From a virus, in IMG/VR virus record IMGVR_UViG_3300045988_175036, positions 1 through 64,000 of that record: DNA of 64,000 nt; one strand, 5' to 3'. Position numbers and translations under genes: made by a program. Position 1 is the stretch's first letter. Every line of letters starts with the position of its first letter. A model generated the notes under the pieces. The model did not search any database, was not told the DNA's origin, and saw only the letters and a program-made list of their open reading frames with translations. Below, piece after piece: positions 33,701 to 43,617 of the stretch.

Positions 33701-36700
33701 AAATACTTTAGCGCTTTTGAAGCAAGCAATTAGTGAGGGCGAATATGTTGAAGAAATGTTCAATCAAGAGGAATCTTGGAAAGGGATTTCTGACGAGCAA
33801 AAAAATCGAATTCTAAGCGGAGAAGCTAGTGCGACGCTTGATGCGAATGTAATTCGAGATGTTCTTCAATTAGACAAGAGTGCCTCTACGGAAGAGGTTA
33901 TGTCTAAATATCGCGCCTATATGCCAGATTATTTGAATTTAGCTGATAATCGTTCTCAAGCAGAAAATTATCAGAGTTATATGGACCAGGCAGCCGCTTG
34001 GAACACCGACGCGCAAAATCTCCTTCTACAAGGAAATACAGATGCTCTCGATGATATTGTCAACGCGCGTGAATTGAGTGGAACCGTTGAAAAACTAACG
34101 GATGATTATGAAGCCAATACAGAAAACGGCGAAGCCAACTCTGACATGATGAAAACTCAAGGTGTCAGATATACAGAGAATGAGAAAAAAATAAAAAAAC
34201 TTTGTGAAGGTATTGAAGACGTAAAGGATGCTTTTGATAAAGGAACTGAAGCTTTGGCCAACGGTGAGACTCCTGCTGACGATTATTGGCAAGCTCTTTC
34301 TAAAATTGAGAGTAAAGGCCGCCAAGTCTTTGGTGAGAATTTTACTCAAGATTTCATCCAGCAAAATGCTGATTTGATTTCTCAGCTGACCGAAGGCGGA
34401 GAAGTTGGCGAACAAGCTTTTATTTCCCTTCAACAGAAAATTTCTGAAGCCACTCAGCAAGCAGTTGAAGATTTGACTTATTTTGATACTAATCTCCAGC
34501 AAGTTAGAAGTGCACTTGACGGGTTAGATGGAGTAAAAGCCGAGTTCAAGGTCAATGGCACTGCTGATGTATCTCAATTAGTTCAACAACTAATCCTTGC
34601 TGGTAACACAGCGGCTGAGGCCGCGCGGATTGTTGAGTCTTTGACAGGTTCAACTGTTACTTATACTGTTGATTGGCAGTGGGTTACTCTTCCTACTTCG
34701 TTAGCAATGAGTTCCACTTATGCCGGTCTTGAGAAGGCAGGCGCGAGTGGCGGTTTTACTTCTGTAAAAATTCCTAAAGTTATTCAGGCAGTTGGCACAA
34801 AAAATAATTATAGCGGCTCTGGATACTCCGGTTCTTCTAGCGGAGGCGGCGGAGGAGGAGGAAGTTCTTCTAAAGATACCGTTTGGGAGAATCCTTATGA
34901 TAAGCTTTATAATTTGACGGAGCAAATCAATGAGGCTCTACGTCAGCGCGAAAAACTTGAAAGAGAGTATGACAGAATTCTTGAGCGCAGAGGTTCGACT
35001 TTCAAAGAACTTCGTGCGAACTACAATGCTCAAGTCAAGTCTCTTGAAGAAGAAATTAAACTCCAAGAGAAACTGCGCGCGGGTCGTAAGGGACAGCTTG
35101 ATGCGATTAGTAATGAAAAATATACGGATAGTGAAGGAAATCGTAAGACGTTCGCGCAGACCGGAGCAACAAAATATGCACGATATGACCAAAGTCTAAA
35201 TCGTATTATTATTGATTGGGATGCTATTGATATGATTACTGATGATGACCTTGGTTCTGCTGTCGAGGCTTATGTCAGTCGGTTAGAAGAACTTCAAGAC
35301 CAATTTGAAACAACAGATGAAACAATTGAAGATATGAAAGATACTCTTGATGAGTTACGCAAAAGTCAAATGTCTGATTATCTTGATTTTGAACAAAGTG
35401 TCTATGACGCTCTTGTAAATGCTCAACAGAAGCTTATTGACGAGTATCAATCTCTATCTGATAGTATTGCTGATTCAAATTCTAAAATTTTGGAAAATCT
35501 TCAAGAAAGTATTGATTTAGAGCGTCAAATTCGAGATAATACAAAAACAGAAGAAGATATCAATGAGAAAGAAGCTCGTTTAGCTTTCTTGCGACGTGAT
35601 ACTTCAAACGCCAACGCTTTAGAAATCAAAAAATTGGAAGAGGAATTGAGCGACGCTAGGGAAGATTATTCTGATAGTTTAGTTGACCAACAGCTTGAAC
35701 GCCTTACTCAACAAAATCAAGATGCACAAGAAGCACGTGAAAAGCAAATTGAACTTATGCAAGCTCAACTTGATTATGCTTCTGAGAATGGCGAATTCTG
35801 GAATAGAGCATATGAATTGATAAATGAAGGCTTCGCGGCAGATGGTTCTCTCAATCAAGCAGCTCAATTATGGGAACTCCTCAAAGCTGATGAAGGCTGG
35901 AATGGTCTAAGCAAATTTGGCCAGCTGAATTGGCAAGAAGAAATTTCTAAGGCGATTATCGCTGCCAGCCAAGGCTATGCTAACTGGAACATGTATAAAG
36001 CTGAACAAGTGGACAAGTCTTTGGTTCTACCAGATGGAACTCTATTGACTTATGATGGGAAGCAATGGAAAGATAGTAATGGCAATGTTTATAATGGAAT
36101 TGATTTTGATTCTAATAAAAATCAATTTACCTATGGTTCGATTGATTATACTACACCACCAACACCAGGAGGGGGCAGTACCGGTTCATCCAGTGGAGCC
36201 GAGAAGAAAGAAATTTCTGTTGGCAGCACATTCAATGCCACTGGTGCTCCTATCTATCCATATCCGGGCGGCTCGGCTCAGCGGCAATATTTTGCTAATG
36301 ACCCTTATTATGTAGCAATTGGTGAATCTGGCGATTATTGGCTTGCTCGTTGGCATGGAGCTTCTTCTGGCTCAACTGGTTGGTTCAAGAAAACAGATGT
36401 AAAAGCATATAGGACTGGTGGCTTAGCTGATTTCACCGGGCCCGCTTGGCTTGATGGAACAAAATCTCATCCAGAATTAGTTCTCAATGCTAAAGATACT
36501 CAAAACTTCCTCATTCTCAGGGATATTTTGAGTTCTGCTGTCAAAAATGCTGGAACTTCAAATAATGGCGGAGATAATTATTATGATATAAACATTTCTG
36601 TTGATGAAATTGCTTCTGATTATGATGTTGACCAACTCGCGCGCCGTGTCAAGGAACAAATTGTAGAAGACAGCATTTATCGTAATGTCAACACAATAAG

Positions 36701-36713
36701 TTTTATCAGATAA
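30795..36713 (+). CDS. tail tape measure protein, exon 2
   Basis: Continues the tape measure core. Has TM-like segments (about aa 270-345 of this exon), long coiled coils, a Gly/Ser linker (SSSGGGGGGGSSS), and a C-terminal ..GGLADFTGPAWLDGTKSHPELVLNAKDT.. motif. Exon 1 plus exon 2 gives 7836 nt, or 2611 aa. Confidence 0.8.
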   Translation, partial: QSRFIAMISNYSKTMELVNAANNSAGASQEQYEKTLESLETKLSKLKNAWDEFVMGLSNNEVIKTAVDVLTGLLQTINKIIDGLSGGNGLIKSIISITAAIGGLKLGKSIISSLIGNMVDTREGGILSNIFGTKTTQQKAGLQTGKNFLSGLSDAIKNKSLPKTDYIISDFSKNLTTVFKSKEWSFDFSNAKPEGLTQFKQNITNSLSQGDEASKALSAQFSSLWDTKKYNEAITVLEKAGIQIKLTGEEAQQMGISVSKTDKDFRTMAIAAGVAASALMGLATILDNNGKEKAANIVRGIATALMGLIPVITMVQTAMITGAKSVSVAIKNIPFIGWIAAIISAVISLIQIFSQFAPETQAKKTERLAEQTQKAAEVAQAAQQAYSNLVESFDKYGEAVDKINDLTVGTTEWKNALLDVNNQVLELLDKYPQLASYLTSENGVLGISEEGIQKATDIAQEQARRAQALSVTSQYAETTNQRRIAQKAYQQNFWSYDQYTGNVITNPEAAKAFSNYLKENPDMTAEDFQTLAGGAGEELSKLADITGLTVNQMADLVDITRSYNKDMVAYGLQEENYRNALGVLAGDVSSNKRWSMVTQMFNLDETASEIDAARDKLDTTISEMARDLKDQGYTSIMDLTGSDATYRQVYEAVTGQSSEGVDIDSIKDYLAQFQVLNGQVEEAIPILNKLTSMKNQGLADEIAGRIAGGTGLTRAQAEKPLTKADLQEMASQMGYANDDEMAKAFGFDDWTALFNQWSQDAASIASQFEEKEATAANVIGQNQVEKASSLMGDKDFQTYSKYLEQLATLYAKAGVNGAQAVDLFQSSLEALISNNPQYEKEIKDIIGMTDLSDYDSVEAAISDIKELIPGVGDELNNFETALIQLGKATKKVNLKTTMSDLTSMLDLADEISSRSRSEGITQDELEQIVSSGAADYSDFMFTGQEFIPVTSTMDDLAEAVRANTQAAIENTLALLKQAISEGEYVEEMFNQEESWKGISDEQKNRILSGEASATLDANVIRDVLQLDKSASTEEVMSKYRAYMPDYLNLADNRSQAENYQSYMDQAAAWNTDAQNLLLQGNTDALDDIVNARELSGTVEKLTDDYEANTENGEANSDMMKTQGVRYTENEKKIKKLCEGIEDVKDAFDKGTEALANGETPADDYWQALSKIESKGRQVFGENFTQDFIQQNADLISQLTEGGEVGEQAFISLQQKISEATQQAVEDLTYFDTNLQQVRSALDGLDGVKAEFKVNGTADVSQLVQQLILAGNTAAEAARIVESLTGSTVTYTVDWQWVTLPTSLAMSSTYAGLEKAGASGGFTSVKIPKVIQAVGTKNNYSGSGYSGSSSGGGGGGGSSSKDTVWENPYDKLYNLTEQINEALRQREKLEREYDRILERRGSTFKELRANYNAQVKSLEEEIKLQEKLRAGRKGQLDAISNEKYTDSEGNRKTFAQTGATKYARYDQSLNRIIIDWDAIDMITDDDLGSAVEAYVSRLEELQDQFETTDETIEDMKDTLDELRKSQMSDYLDFEQSVYDALVNAQQKLIDEYQSLSDSIADSNSKILENLQESIDLERQIRDNTKTEEDINEKEARLAFLRRDTSNANALEIKKLEEELSDAREDYSDSLVDQQLERLTQQNQDAQEAREKQIELMQAQLDYASENGEFWNRAYELINEGFAADGSLNQAAQLWELLKADEGWNGLSKFGQLNWQEEISKAIIAASQGYANWNMYKAEQVDKSLVLPDGTLLTYDGKQWKDSNGNVYNGIDFDSNKNQFTYGSIDYTTPPTPGGGSTGSSSGAEKKEISVGSTFNATGAPIYPYPGGSAQRQYFANDPYYVAIGESGDYWLARWHGASSGSTGWFKKTDVKAYRTGGLADFTGPAWLDGTKSHPELVLNAKDTQNFLILRDILSSAVKNAGTSNNGGDNYYDINISVDEIASDYDVDQLARRVKEQIVEDSIYRNVNTISFIR

Positions 36714-36773
36714 ATCGAGGCAACCAAGGATAAAGCAACTTATAAAAAGATTGAGTAAAGGAGGAAAAAATAG

Positions 36774-37658
36774 ATGGGCGTTTTAGGCGGAGACTTCATT
36801 GGCTTCTCTTTTGATGGTCATCATTCCTCCGACCTTGGGATTATGAGAGTAAGTGATGGAAGCAGGTATGCTGATTACCTGCTTCCCACTTCTCAGGATT
36901 TGACGGTCCAAGTTCCGGGCGGAGATGGAACCTACTATTTTGGTTCGTATGACACATCAAAAGTTTTTTCTATTTCTATTGCCTTTGATAGTCTAAAAGA
37001 AGAACAAATTAGTAATCTCCGAAAGATTTTTGGAGAAAAAAAGATTGGCAAGCTTATATTTGATGAAATGCCATATAAATATTATATGGTAAAAATTACA
37101 GGCCAGCCGCAATTGAAATATATTTGCTTTGGAAAAACTGGGCAAGAACGCATTTATAAAGGCGAAGGTACAATTCAATTTACTGCTTATTATCCTTATG
37201 CCAAGAGCACCGCACTTTTTCTTGGTGCTACTAATCTTACATCACTTGAAAATAAGGACGAATGGGCTGCGGCAAGTCGCTTACCACAAACCGCGCCGAC
37301 TTTGACTGGTAGTTCAATCCCTGTTTATAACGTTGGCGACCTACCAATGGACTGGCGCGCGCGGTATATATTCCCTAATGTCCCAACTGACATTTATATG
37401 GATGGGGTTGGAATGCTAAAATTTTCAGCCATTGCCAAGCAAGGTAGCGATGAATTTATTGAGGTAAATTCAAAAACAAACCTGATAGAAGGTTTGGATA
37501 CAAATGGAGAAAAGACTGGAAATATTTATAATAAATTCATGACCGGCGGAACTTTTTTCAAAATTCCTCCTATGGCAAGTGAGTCAGAGAAAAAGAATTT
37601 TATTTCGGTTGGCACTTCTTCTTGTTGGAAATTACTATACGACTATATCTATTACTAA
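36774..37658 (+). CDS. distal tail protein (Dit-like, 294 aa)
   Basis: Lies directly after the tape measure gene. N-terminus F.FDG..SSDLGI.. is typical of siphovirus tail-family proteins. Confidence 0.6.
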   Translation: MGVLGGDFIGFSFDGHHSSDLGIMRVSDGSRYADYLLPTSQDLTVQVPGGDGTYYFGSYDTSKVFSISIAFDSLKEEQISNLRKIFGEKKIGKLIFDEMPYKYYMVKITGQPQLKYICFGKTGQERIYKGEGTIQFTAYYPYAKSTALFLGATNLTSLENKDEWAAASRLPQTAPTLTGSSIPVYNVGDLPMDWRARYIFPNVPTDIYMDGVGMLKFSAIAKQGSDEFIEVNSKTNLIEGLDTNGEKTGNIYNKFMTGGTFFKIPPMASESEKKNFISVGTSSCWKLLYDYIYY

Positions 37659-37668
37659 GGAGGTTTGA

Positions 37669-40600
37669 ATGAAAAAAGATATTTATCAAATCTCTTTATG
37701 GGAAGATTATGTAGTTCCGGCAACTGATACTGTCCCAGAGCATTATGAAGAACAACTTCTAGGCATTATTGGCTCCGATACGATGACAGCAGAATATCGT
37801 GCAACAGAGCCAAAGTTGATTCAAAATATCAACGGAACAAATACTCTTACTTTCAAAGTCTACTATACCTATATTGATACAGAGACCGGAGAGCGTCAAG
37901 ATAATCCTTTTATAAAACTTCTAGTAAACGAACGGAAAGTAAAATGTTTATGGAAAGGACAATGGTATGACTTCGTAATCAAGTCAATTCAAGAAGATAG
38001 CTCTGGTAAATCAATTACTTATACTTGTAAAGACTTATATATAAATGAGTTGAGCAAAACTGGTTTCAACTTAGAATTTGATAATGAGCTTGAGAACAAT
38101 CAAGGAACGGCGCAAGAATTAGGAGCAAAAATATTAGAAGGCACAGACTGGCAAGTAGCGTCTGAAGGACAGGATATTGTTCAACAGACAATTGAAGAAC
38201 CACTTTTTTTAGTCCAAATTCAAACTGCCATTACGGTCTATAAGAGTAATGGAAAAGACACATATGAAATTCCTTCTAGTAAAAAAATACTTGTGCCATA
38301 TTCTGTTACTCAAACTCCTTATCCTCAAATTTTTCAATTCTTCTATGACGAAGATGAAAATTATGCCAAATATCAAGAAGATAATAGTGTTCATCTTACC
38401 GGATTAGATTGTTCATTACTCAAAAATCCAATTTATTCTGTAACAGACGATGGAACTTTTACTCTAAAATTTGGAACCACTACCGTTCTAACAATTCCAA
38501 ACACTCAACCATTATCAGATTGGCGTGCTGATAGACCAATCCGCGCGCCTCTACAAGAGTATAGTTCTCTAGTTGGCAGATATTGTTATGTCTATAAAGG
38601 ATACGCCGGAAAGAAAATTTATAAATATATTACTACAGAATATAACGACCCGACAGTGGTTTTGAATTTAGTTGTCAATAATAAAGAGTTCAAGGACACT
38701 ACAGGTTGGATTGGTGAGGGGATGAGTTGGCAACTTTATCCTCCTTATACAGACATTAGTAATATAGAGTCCTATAGTGCTACTACCTATTTGGGTCTTC
38801 AAGGCGGAAAGACTATCTATAATGCCGGCCTTCAAAAATCTTCCATGTATATTGAAGGTGGGTTTCAGAAAGGCGAAAAATATATTTTCCGCGTGAAGGG
38901 GTATCAGACACTTGGTGGCGCAAAACTAACAACTAATTATCACATAGACCCCAAAGTCTGTTCTCATGATAATAACTTTACTCCATTAGCAACTTCTGAT
39001 GCTAATTATATCAATTACTTTGACGTTGGAACGGCAATTCAAAATGGTGATTGGATTGAGTATCCAATGACTTGCCAGGTTTCAATCCCTCGCTCTAAAA
39101 TTACAACCTCAAATATTGGTTTATTTATTACTCCTGTTGTTAGCTGTTGGATTGAAGAATTTCAATTCTTCAAAGAAGTTTATGGCAAAGATAGTGATGG
39201 CAATTCTACAAGAATAAATCCAGGCGAGATGGATAAAAATAGTGTTGCAACTGAAGTTTATTGCTATTTTGACTCCGCTACAACAGTGCTTGATGAGAAA
39301 GATATAGAATATCTTTGGAAGGCTACCTCTGACTGGTCTGGGAGTAGCGTGCCAGAACCTCAATATTCTATTGACGCAGATGGTAATTATACTTACGAAA
39401 AAATTCGTAGTATTACTGGAAAAAATTCGAATCGTTTCAATCTTTTACAATCTGTTGCCGAGACTTTTGAGTGTTGGGTTCGTTTTGAAATAAAGCATAA
39501 TGAGAATACGGGTAAAATTCTTTATGAAGATGGGAAACCGCAAAAATTTGTTTATTTCAAAAATGAAGTGGGAGAAGAAAACGGATGCGGATTCGTTTAT
39601 GGAATTGACTTAAAAACAATTTCTCGTTCTATCAATTCAGACCAAATCACTTCAAAAGTTGTTGTTGTTCCTAATACCACTCAATATGCAGAAAACGGTG
39701 TGTGTGAAATAGCGCAATCAGAATACAACCCTTGTAAGGAGAACTTCATTCTCAATTTTGATTATTATATAAATCAAGGATTGTTAGATGGTGGAGCAGC
39801 AAATAAAGATTTGTGGCTTTCTTCAGCTTCTGGAGGTCTTGGATATTATCCTTCCCTCAAAGAAAAGAATGAAGAATATTATAAGTCTGTTGAAGAGAAC
39901 GTCGCAAGAAAACTTGAACATGATAAACAGAATTCAACTCTTCAACTTTATCAGCAGTATTTGACTTCGACGACAGAACAGATTACTTCAACGAAGTCTG
40001 ACATCGCTAGATTGGCAGGTCTATTATCATATGATGCCGCGCGAGTTACTAGCTATGTGAAAGAACATCCTGGTTTTGAAAAGCTAGAAACTCTTATTGT
40101 TACTCTAAAAACTTTAGAAGGACAGAAGACAGATTATCAAGGAATCTATGGAAATCTAAAGAAAAGTGTTGACGCTCTTGAAAAAGCAATTGAAGCAGCA
40201 GAAGCCCGACAAACAAAGCTTTTGGAAGAAATAGATACGCTTCATAAAGCCTTTTATGAAAAGTATTCTCGTTTTATTCAAGAAGGTTCCTGGACCTCTC
40301 AAAACTACTTAGATGAGAATCTTTATTATCTGGATGCAAAGTCTGTAGCTTATACAAGCGCGCGCCCTCAAATTTCGTATAATATTTCTGTTCTAAGATT
40401 GAGCGCACTTGATGAATTCAAGAACAAAGTTTTTAGAATTGGTGATATAAGCTATATTGAAGACACTGAATTTTTTGGATATACTTATATTGCCACCGAA
40501 AGTGGAAAAGTAAGAAGTCCTTATCGTGAGAAAGTTCTAATTAGTGAAATCACTTCTAACTTTGATAGCCCCGAAAAAGATAGCTTCAAAGTTCAAAATT

Positions 40601-43600
40601 ACAAAACTCAATTTGAAGACCTTTTCCAGAGAATTACAGCTACGACTCAGTCTCTTCAATATTCAGTGGGTGAATACCAACGAGCCTCTGATGTAGTTGA
40701 AGGAACAGGTGTAATCAATAATGAGACGCTTCAATCGAGTATCGCGCGCAATGAACAGCTAATCTTCAGCTCTCAAAATAATACAATAGTCAAAGATGCT
40801 ACAGGTTTGACAGTCATCGACGCGAGTAATCCATCTAATCAGACAAAAATTACCGCCGGTGGCCTTTTTATCACAACGGATGGCGGATTGACCTGGAAGA
40901 ATGCTATTCGTGGTGAAGGTATTGCCACTCAGTATTTGACCGCGGGGGCAATCAATACAGAGAATATTACAATACTTGATGGCATCAATCCATCTTTTCG
41001 ATGGGATAGCTATGGTATTACGGCCTATAAAAAGAATGTCTCAGATAACGGTATCTTACTTGGATATACTTCAAACCAATTTGTCCGATATGACCAGTAT
41101 GGTATTTATGGCGTAAAGGATATTACAATCCAAGACGCTTCTGGTGAGTATAAACCTTCAAGTGAAGATCAGATTTGGAATGATGCTTCTTTCGGCCTGA
41201 CTTGGAAGGGTTTCTTTCTAAAAAATAAATATGGCGCAGGTCTTGTCGAAATCTCTTCAGAAAAAGATATCAATATAAGTGATGGTACTAATGACCGTAT
41301 TCGTATAGGTAAGCTCTCTGGAGATGGAACCACTGAGAATCCTTATACCTTTGGTATTAGAATAAATGATGCCACTGGCGCGATCGTCATGGAGACAAAT
41401 AGTGATGGAACTCTTTGGCTCAAGGATAGTTTGAATGTAGAGACAACGGATAGCGGTCTAAAAGTAGCAATCGGTAAACTTGGAGAAAGAGATGATAGTG
41501 GTCTCGCGCAAGTTATAAATGCCAATGACGCTTTTATTGTCTACGAAGACGGGTCAGTCCGTGCCCTCAATGGTAACTTTACTGGTGTTATAAATGCCAC
41601 AGATGGCTTTTTCAGTGGCGTTATCAATGCTACTGATGGTTCCTTTACTGGTGTTATAAATGCGACTGGTGGTACAATTGGCTCCATTCAGATTACCAAT
41701 GAAGGATTGACAGTAGGAAATGGTGGCTTTGAGATTACAAAGACTGGCGTAGACGGCACTATTGAGAAATTACTCTATGTCGATGACGAAGGTAATCTGA
41801 AAATTACTGGTGACTTAGAGGGTGCTGGTGGTTATTTTAGTGGAGAGCTCCGCGCGCCGACTGGTACAATTGGTGGCTTTGTAATTGAAGAAAATCTTTT
41901 ATACTCTCTTGGGCAAGATGAGAATGGTTCACCAAACATAGTCTTAAAAGGAACCGAAGGCAAGATTGTTGCGCGCGACATTGAATTAGGTGTCGGCGCG
42001 GTTATCAAAGATTATATCAAGTTAGGTAACGCTTTTCTTCAAAATCCTGATATCCATGATAATAAATTTATTGAAATCAAAGATGAAAATGGCCAGCCAA
42101 TTATTTCACTAACAGACACTGGAATTTTTACTCTTGGCTCTCTCGTTTTCAATGGTATCAATTCAACTATCAGTGGAAAGAATTGGGGAATTACTCCAGA
42201 CGAGGCTCGTTTTGGAAATGTCATCGCTCAAGGTGGCACAATTGAAAATGTAATTTTCAAAACTTCTTCTATTCAAACTCTTGGTGGCCTTATGATTTTC
42301 AAACCAACAAGTCATGGAGTAGGAGAGGGAAATATTTTTACGCTTGATGAAGAAAATAGCTTTTTCCAAAAAGGAGATTTTGTTAGTATAACTTCTGTTG
42401 GAGAAAGAAGTTTTTCCATTGAGACTTATATTGTTGATAAAAATGGCTTAGAAGTTACTTTAGCAGATAATGTTGAAGGTGCAGAAGCAATTACAAAATT
42501 AGCTTCAGCTTCTTGGGTGGATGGTAGAGCTGTATCCCTATCAGATGAATTACTTATTGGTATAAATCCAAACCCGGCTGGTCTTGGTAAAGATGCTCAT
42601 CTATTTAGAAGTGGTTTTTCATTTGTTGAGCCTGAACTTGGCGAAGATGGCAAATCTCTGGAATATAATGCTCCAAGCCTTTTCTTGGGCAATCTTTCTT
42701 CTCTTGGTATTCAAAATGTTTCAGGTTTTGGTCTTTATGGTGATAATGTTTTTCTAAAGGGTACTTTGACAACAAAAACTGGTGCAGACACCTATGCTGG
42801 TATCAATACTTTGAGTGGAGTACTCTCTAATAAAGTACGCTTCACAACTCAAGGTAAAATTGTTATTTGGGCTGGTGCAAGTAATTTTGATGAAAGTTCT
42901 ATCCAGAATGCTCCTTTTTTTGTAACTGATAATGGTAATTTATTTGCACGCCAAGGTGTGTTTGAAGGTTCGATTCTTACTAATTCAACAATTCAAGGTG
43001 CAGATATCTATGCTGCGCGCATTCATGGTGGAACTCAGGAAAGTGATGGCGTTGCAGCCCTGACCATCTATGATACCGCCGCAGGTATTATTTTCAAGAA
43101 GAATTTTGATGAAAATAATAAAGAGAATGGTGGTCAAGAAACCTTTAGAATTAGTGCTGATGGCTTCATTCAAAATGGAATTGAATTTATTTCCTTTGAA
43201 GATGAGGGCGTTCAATTTTCAGGCAATCGCGCGCGGATGGTTCAATTCCAAACTCAATTTGAAAATGCTTCTCTTATTATGAAAGGGACTTCTCTTTATA
43301 AGGGAATTTCGGTTGATAGTGGTAATACACAAGTTCTTTCAAAAATTGATTTTTCTACTGGAGATAAGGAACAAATTGATTTTATAGTAGGAGAGAGAAT
43401 TGCTTCATTTACTAATGAAGAGGCAATTTTTGATAAGAAAACAGTTTTACGAGACAATGTTCTTATGGGAGACATAAATACTGTTTATGTTTCTTACCAA
43501 AAAGTTGCTAAGGGCTATGATGTTTATGTTTATACCAATGAGAATGTTGATGTAAGTTCGAATATTGTTGATATCGCAGTTGCAGGTTATGCGATTGCTG

Positions 43601-43605
43601 GATAA
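37669..43605 (+). CDS. tail-associated (Tal-like) minor structural / fiber protein (1978 aa)
   Basis: Lies after Dit. The N-terminal region resembles the prophage-tail endopeptidase-type domain. Tandem repeats GVINATDG(F/S)F(S/T) occur around 41580-41670. Confidence 0.6.
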   Translation: MKKDIYQISLWEDYVVPATDTVPEHYEEQLLGIIGSDTMTAEYRATEPKLIQNINGTNTLTFKVYYTYIDTETGERQDNPFIKLLVNERKVKCLWKGQWYDFVIKSIQEDSSGKSITYTCKDLYINELSKTGFNLEFDNELENNQGTAQELGAKILEGTDWQVASEGQDIVQQTIEEPLFLVQIQTAITVYKSNGKDTYEIPSSKKILVPYSVTQTPYPQIFQFFYDEDENYAKYQEDNSVHLTGLDCSLLKNPIYSVTDDGTFTLKFGTTTVLTIPNTQPLSDWRADRPIRAPLQEYSSLVGRYCYVYKGYAGKKIYKYITTEYNDPTVVLNLVVNNKEFKDTTGWIGEGMSWQLYPPYTDISNIESYSATTYLGLQGGKTIYNAGLQKSSMYIEGGFQKGEKYIFRVKGYQTLGGAKLTTNYHIDPKVCSHDNNFTPLATSDANYINYFDVGTAIQNGDWIEYPMTCQVSIPRSKITTSNIGLFITPVVSCWIEEFQFFKEVYGKDSDGNSTRINPGEMDKNSVATEVYCYFDSATTVLDEKDIEYLWKATSDWSGSSVPEPQYSIDADGNYTYEKIRSITGKNSNRFNLLQSVAETFECWVRFEIKHNENTGKILYEDGKPQKFVYFKNEVGEENGCGFVYGIDLKTISRSINSDQITSKVVVVPNTTQYAENGVCEIAQSEYNPCKENFILNFDYYINQGLLDGGAANKDLWLSSASGGLGYYPSLKEKNEEYYKSVEENVARKLEHDKQNSTLQLYQQYLTSTTEQITSTKSDIARLAGLLSYDAARVTSYVKEHPGFEKLETLIVTLKTLEGQKTDYQGIYGNLKKSVDALEKAIEAAEARQTKLLEEIDTLHKAFYEKYSRFIQEGSWTSQNYLDENLYYLDAKSVAYTSARPQISYNISVLRLSALDEFKNKVFRIGDISYIEDTEFFGYTYIATESGKVRSPYREKVLISEITSNFDSPEKDSFKVQNYKTQFEDLFQRITATTQSLQYSVGEYQRASDVVEGTGVINNETLQSSIARNEQLIFSSQNNTIVKDATGLTVIDASNPSNQTKITAGGLFITTDGGLTWKNAIRGEGIATQYLTAGAINTENITILDGINPSFRWDSYGITAYKKNVSDNGILLGYTSNQFVRYDQYGIYGVKDITIQDASGEYKPSSEDQIWNDASFGLTWKGFFLKNKYGAGLVEISSEKDINISDGTNDRIRIGKLSGDGTTENPYTFGIRINDATGAIVMETNSDGTLWLKDSLNVETTDSGLKVAIGKLGERDDSGLAQVINANDAFIVYEDGSVRALNGNFTGVINATDGFFSGVINATDGSFTGVINATGGTIGSIQITNEGLTVGNGGFEITKTGVDGTIEKLLYVDDEGNLKITGDLEGAGGYFSGELRAPTGTIGGFVIEENLLYSLGQDENGSPNIVLKGTEGKIVARDIELGVGAVIKDYIKLGNAFLQNPDIHDNKFIEIKDENGQPIISLTDTGIFTLGSLVFNGINSTISGKNWGITPDEARFGNVIAQGGTIENVIFKTSSIQTLGGLMIFKPTSHGVGEGNIFTLDEENSFFQKGDFVSITSVGERSFSIETYIVDKNGLEVTLADNVEGAEAITKLASASWVDGRAVSLSDELLIGINPNPAGLGKDAHLFRSGFSFVEPELGEDGKSLEYNAPSLFLGNLSSLGIQNVSGFGLYGDNVFLKGTLTTKTGADTYAGINTLSGVLSNKVRFTTQGKIVIWAGASNFDESSIQNAPFFVTDNGNLFARQGVFEGSILTNSTIQGADIYAARIHGGTQESDGVAALTIYDTAAGIIFKKNFDENNKENGGQETFRISADGFIQNGIEFISFEDEGVQFSGNRARMVQFQTQFENASLIMKGTSLYKGISVDSGNTQVLSKIDFSTGDKEQIDFIVGERIASFTNEEAIFDKKTVLRDNVLMGDINTVYVSYQKVAKGYDVYVYTNENVDVSSNIVDIAVAGYAIAG

Positions 43606-43617
43606 AAGGAGATATAA

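Noticed and set aside
31289-43282. Numerous 60-135-aa ORFs, antisense or in alternative frames, inside the tape measure and Tal genes
   Set aside because: They lie entirely inside long, well-supported genes. They have no RBS and show the composition typical of shadow frames.
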